A program made the position numbers and the translations under genes. A stretch of 17,194 bases of DNA from Bdellovibrionota bacterium FG-2 (GTDB taxonomy: Bacteria; Bdellovibrionota; UBA1018), in NCBI GenBank assembly GCA_051382305.1, contig JBBCAV010000138.1, forward strand, positions 1 to 17,194. The letters run 5' to 3'. The notes beneath the pieces are model-generated. The model searched no databases and was not told where the DNA came from. It was given only the letters and a program-made list of their open reading frames with translations. Of this stretch, positions 13,790-17,194 are shown piece after piece (the stretch's first letter is position 1; each line of letters starts with the position of its first letter).

Positions 13790-14251
13790 ATGCTCCCTAA
13801 GATTAGCTCCGCGCTCGTAAAATTTATTGCTCCATTGACTTCTCCCGATCGAAGCACCGCTCAAGAAAGAGATCAAGAACGAAATAGGGACTCGCAGGCG
13901 CGGAGTGAAGACCCCGAGCACTCGGAAAGTCCTAAACGTGCTCCCGTGATCCCGATCAACGAAGCCGCAAAAGCGGCTCTCGATGCCCAGACCACCCAGA
14001 CAAGTGGGGAGGAGCCCCTGCATGGCGAACTCGCCGCGAAACAACAAGTCCCATCTGCCCCTGCAAACGAGCCCGGCGGCCCGAGCGTCGCCCATGCTTT
14101 TGTGCAGTTATTAAACTCTTTCAAAGACCCCCAAAACGGTGGCGGAGTACTGAAGTGGTTTGGGACCCGAACCTATCAAAAATCAAACCGTAGCCAAACA
14201 GGCGCTCGAAAGTCAAAAAAAGGCGCGATGCTCGATGACGAAATCAAGTAG
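13790..14251 (+). CDS. Hypothetical, largely disordered protein, probably sigma28-regulated
   Basis: ATG 13790 (or TTG 13784) follows AGGAAGG. It has an amphipathic N-terminus, a charged/Pro-rich middle and a C-terminal KKGAMLDDEIK, and fills the gap between two minus-strand operons. Confidence 0.7.
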   Translation: MLPKISSALVKFIAPLTSPDRSTAQERDQERNRDSQARSEDPEHSESPKRAPVIPINEAAKAALDAQTTQTSGEEPLHGELAAKQQVPSAPANEPGGPSVAHAFVQLLNSFKDPQNGGGVLKWFGTRTYQKSNRSQTGARKSKKGAMLDDEIK

Positions 14252-14254
14252 CGG

Positions 14255-14614
14255 CTAAGCAAACCAGCCGCGCAAAACCTCACCCCCAAGAACATGCAGA
14301 TGCAGATGATAGACACTCTGACCGCCATCGTGATTCGTGTTAATGACCGTTCTAAATCCGCCCGGCAGTAGCGCTTGTTTGCGTGCGACCGTCGTAACCG
14401 CTTTCATCAATTTCCCCAAAAGCTCCGCCCGACCTCCCCCTTCTTCAGGAAAGGCCTGCTCAAGGGAAGCCACATGTATCTTAGGGATCACAAGCAAATG
14501 CGTTTTTGCCTGAGGATGAAGATCCCGGATGCAAATACAATTTTCATCTTCATAGATGCGCTCAGCTGGAATTTCATTGCCAATAATTTTACAAAAAATA
14601 CAATCAGATGCCAT
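14255..14614 (-). CDS. hinT: Histidine triad (HIT/HinT) nucleotide-binding protein
   Basis: Motifs SDCIFCKII, HLLVIPK-x-H and GQSVYHLHLHVLGG. GAGGA RBS. Confidence 0.95.
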   Translation of the reverse strand: MASDCIFCKIIGNEIPAERIYEDENCICIRDLHPQAKTHLLVIPKIHVASLEQAFPEEGGGRAELLGKLMKAVTTVARKQALLPGGFRTVINTNHDGGQSVYHLHLHVLGGEVLRGWFA

Positions 14615-14626
14615 TTTTGAAGTCCT

Positions 14627-15883
14627 CTATTTTATGCGCTCAATCTCTGCGCCCAACTTTGACAATTTCGCTTCAATCCCTTCATACCCCCGGTCCAAGT
14701 GGTAAATACGATTCACAATCGTCTCACCCTCGGCCACCAATCCCCCAATCAAGAGACTCGCACTTGCCCGAAGATCAGTGGCCATCAGCGGTGCGCCCTT
14801 GAGACTCGCCTGCCCCTGTATCACTGCTGCATTGCCCCTGATCGTGATGTTCGCGCCTAACCGTTGAAGCTCCGGCACATGCATAAACCGATTCTCAAAA
14901 ATCGTCTCCGTGATCACCGAGGAACCTTCGGCAACCGCCATGACGGCCATAAACTGAGCCTGCATATCTGTAGGAAACCCCGGATAGGGCAACGTCGTAA
15001 TATTCGTCGCTTTGGGCCGCCCCTTGGAAACCAATTCAATAAATTGGGGGTCTCGCTGAATCGTAGCGCCAGTCTCTTCGAGGCGCACAAGGACCGACTC
15101 CAGAACCTCAGAGGAAATTCCCTCCACACGCACCTGCCCCTGCGTCGCAAGCGCAGCCGACAAATAAGTCCCGGCCTCAATTCGATCTCCCATCACCTGA
15201 TAGCGACAACCGCGAAGCTTCGCCTTGCCCTGAATCCGAATGACCTCAGTTCCCTCTCCTTCAATCTGTGCTCCCATCGCCCTAAGGACACGAGCTAAAT
15301 CCACATTTTCCGGCTCTTTTGCGCAGTTTTCGAGAATCGTCTCACCCTCCGCCAAGGTCGCAGCCATCATTAAATTCTGCGTGGCTCCGACACTTGGAAA
15401 CTCAAGAGCAATGCGAGCCCCCCTCAGCTTGCTCGCGGTCGCACGCACATAGCCGCCGTCCAATTTTATCCTCGCCCCCATCTTCTCAAGACCCGCGAGA
15501 TGATAGTTAATGGGCCGCGCTCCAATGGCACAACCGCCCGGCAAACTGACCTTCGCTTCTCCAAACCTCGCAAGCAAAGGACCTAAAACAACGACCGAGG
15601 CCCGCATCGTCCGCACCAAATCATAGGGCGCCTCAAAACGATTCACGCCTTTGGCGTTTACGGTCACTTCGTTTTGATCCATGCGCGAATCAATGTGTAC
15701 ACCCATAAACTGCAACAGCTTGAAGGTCGTTCGAATGTCCTGAAGATTCGGAACACTCTCCAGGATGCACGCTTCATCTGTCAGCAGCGAAGCGATCAAA
15801 ATCGGCAACGCTGCATTCTTGGCCCCACTGACTCTCACTGTTCCCCGAAGAGGATGCCCGCCGATAATTCTCATTTTATCCAT
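14627..15883 (-). CDS. murA: UDP-N-acetylglucosamine 1-carboxyvinyltransferase
   Basis: MDK start at 15883 with GGAGG upstream. Motifs SGAKNAALP, MRASV, LPGGCAIGARP (catalytic Cys), GDRIEAGT, PGFPTDMQAQ, ATDLRASA and HLDRGYE. Confidence 0.97.
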   Translation of the reverse strand: MDKMRIIGGHPLRGTVRVSGAKNAALPILIASLLTDEACILESVPNLQDIRTTFKLLQFMGVHIDSRMDQNEVTVNAKGVNRFEAPYDLVRTMRASVVVLGPLLARFGEAKVSLPGGCAIGARPINYHLAGLEKMGARIKLDGGYVRATASKLRGARIALEFPSVGATQNLMMAATLAEGETILENCAKEPENVDLARVLRAMGAQIEGEGTEVIRIQGKAKLRGCRYQVMGDRIEAGTYLSAALATQGQVRVEGISSEVLESVLVRLEETGATIQRDPQFIELVSKGRPKATNITTLPYPGFPTDMQAQFMAVMAVAEGSSVITETIFENRFMHVPELQRLGANITIRGNAAVIQGQASLKGAPLMATDLRASASLLIGGLVAEGETIVNRIYHLDRGYEGIEAKLSKLGAEIERIK

Positions 15884-16803
15884 ATTCTCGCCTCCAAAAC
15901 TCGTTCCAACCCATTCAAATCCCGGTGCACAGTCACTTGCCACCCTGGTGCCACAAAAAGCTGTGAAATCTCCTGCGCGCGCTCCGCCGCCAGCTCGAGA
16001 TAAACCGAAGCCCCCGGCTTCAAAAGCACAGGAGCCAAACGTAGAATCTCTTCATAAAAATACAATGGTTTTCCCTCCGGCGCAAAGAGTGCTTCGGAAG
16101 GTTCATTGTCTAGGACTTGACGCTCAATTGCATCTCCTCGTGTCAAATAGGGCGGATTGCTCACTAGAAAATCCGCGTGCTGACCCACCAAGGCTTCACC
16201 GACCGCCAATGCATCACGCTCTTTCAGAATTTGCAGTCTCGTCCCAAGCGCACCTGCACCCAGAATGCGTGTCACATTTTTTTGAGCAACTCCGATGGCC
16301 GCATCACTCAACTCGGAAGCGACCATTCTTAGGGAAGAAAACTTCGCCAATAACTCAATGGAGATCGCCCCGCTGCCCAAACCAATCTCAAATCCGAGTG
16401 CTGCTCCAGAGGTCTGTTCTAGCGCGGCAATAACCGTTAAAACCAAGAGCTCAGTCTCAGGCCTAGGAATCAACACCTCAGGCCCCACCTCGTATTCATG
16501 GTCCAAGAAAGTCTGAAATCCCAAAAGATGCTGCAGGGGGTGGCCCGAAACCCGCTGCACTGCAACCTCGCTTGCCCACTCGAGAGCAAGCCTAGAAATC
16601 CACTCACCCTCTCTTCTTGGCTCGCGAGCGCCAAACGACGAAAACAATTTTAATCGCGAAAGTACGCGCCCGTGAAAACGCCGAAAAGCCTCTTGAAGGA
16701 TTTGTTCAGATTCCGTTTGAACCAGATTCATGGTCACTAATTCAGAAGATTTTCTAAGCTCGCTCTGAACTTTTTCAAAGGCTTCATGGAGAGGGACAGT
16801 CAC
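15871..16803 (-). CDS. prmC: Release factor glutamine methyltransferase PrmC/HemK
   Basis: Motifs PLQHLLG, VLIPRPETELLV, EIGLGSGAI, VSNPPY, EP-x-x-ALF and DLNGLER. Lies directly downstream of prfA with a GGAGG RBS. Confidence 0.93.
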   Translation of the reverse strand: MTVPLHEAFEKVQSELRKSSELVTMNLVQTESEQILQEAFRRFHGRVLSRLKLFSSFGAREPRREGEWISRLALEWASEVAVQRVSGHPLQHLLGFQTFLDHEYEVGPEVLIPRPETELLVLTVIAALEQTSGAALGFEIGLGSGAISIELLAKFSSLRMVASELSDAAIGVAQKNVTRILGAGALGTRLQILKERDALAVGEALVGQHADFLVSNPPYLTRGDAIERQVLDNEPSEALFAPEGKPLYFYEEILRLAPVLLKPGASVYLELAAERAQEISQLFVAPGWQVTVHRDLNGLERVLEARIWIK

Positions 16804-16824
16804 TTCAAACCCTCCCTTCCGGCC

Positions 16825-17193
16825 TTAGCCCAGCCCTTGTTCTTTTAACGCCTCAGCCTGAAAATAGGCCTGAAGCCCATCAAAAAGTTCTTCTACTTTA
16901 CCTTCCATCACTTCGGGAAGTTGATACAGCGTCAGCCCGATCCGATGGTCCGTGACCCGCCCTTGCGGAAAATTGTAGGTACGAATTCGCTCGCTGCGAT
17001 CGCCGGTACCCACCATGACTCGTCGTGCATCCGAATGAGTTTTTGCGGCCTTTTCCTGCTCCTGTGCGAGCAAGCGTGAACGCAAAATTTTCATCGCTCG
17101 GCCCTTATTCTTATTTTGAGATCGCTCATCTTGGCAAACGACGACCAAGCCAGAAGGAATATGCGTAATGCGAACCGCCGAGTCCGTCGTATT
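16825..17193 (-). CDS. prfA: Peptide chain release factor 1, C-terminal part (5'-truncated by the window edge)
   Basis: The frame is open to the window end: [30 protein letters not shown]...[22 protein letters not shown]. Synteny with prmC. Confidence 0.96.
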   Translation of the reverse strand, partial: NTTDSAVRITHIPSGLVVVCQDERSQNKNKGRAMKILRSRLLAQEQEKAAKTHSDARRVMVGTGDRSERIRTYNFPQGRVTDHRIGLTLYQLPEVMEGKVEELFDGLQAYFQAEALKEQGLG

Positions 17194-17194
17194 C

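Noticed and set aside
15884..15943. 20-aa N-terminal extension of MurA in the ORF track
   Set aside because: The canonical MDK start at 15883 has a GGAGG SD, and the extension lies inside prmC.
10..16516. Numerous alternative-frame and antisense ORFs in the ORF track (e.g. 10-219, 751-1089, 3475-3879, 10343-10759, 11911-12402, 14864-15298, 15765-16433)
   Set aside because: They lie within well-supported genes and show no recognisable motifs, so they are shadow ORFs.
1..17194. CRISPR array, tRNA/rRNA, prophage, transposase or defence system
   Set aside because: No spaced repeats, cloverleaf or rRNA-like sequence, and no mobile-element or defence motifs were seen. RuvC here is the housekeeping resolvase within ruvCAB, not a Cas or TnpB nuclease.

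Overview
A gene-dense, roughly 50% GC chromosomal window from a diderm (lpxC-bearing) bacterium. The gene content, the prfA-prmC-murA-HIT synteny, the many signal-peptide orphans and the sigma28/sigma54-type promoters suggest a Bdellovibrionota/deltaproteobacteria-like organism; this is inference only. Housekeeping blocks: a partial CaiB/BaiF CoA-transferase, rlmE, a RibD-C reductase and a FemABX/GNAT gene (+); an orphan clpP (+); lpxC and ruvCAB (-); and partial prfA, prmC, murA, HIT (-). Between them lie envelope or secreted genes of unknown function: a secreted transglutaminase-like Cys-His-Asp protein, a Cys-bracketed helical protein paired with an output-less 2TM-HAMP protein, an orphan TolC coupled to a small beta-barrel and followed by an Ala/Thr/Ser-rich secreted protein, a Cys-rich lipoprotein, and a divergent YghO/CerS-like GNAT. 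The best non-coding signals are (i) a sigma28-like promoter followed by a ~110-nt three-hairpin leader (13648-13790) whose last stem covers the RBS of an unknown gene, (ii) a sigma54-like promoter with candidate enhancer palindromes upstream of lpxC, and (iii) three SD-less genes that look leaderless. I saw no CRISPR array, tRNA/rRNA, integrase or transposase. All family assignments are by-eye motif recognition, not database results.
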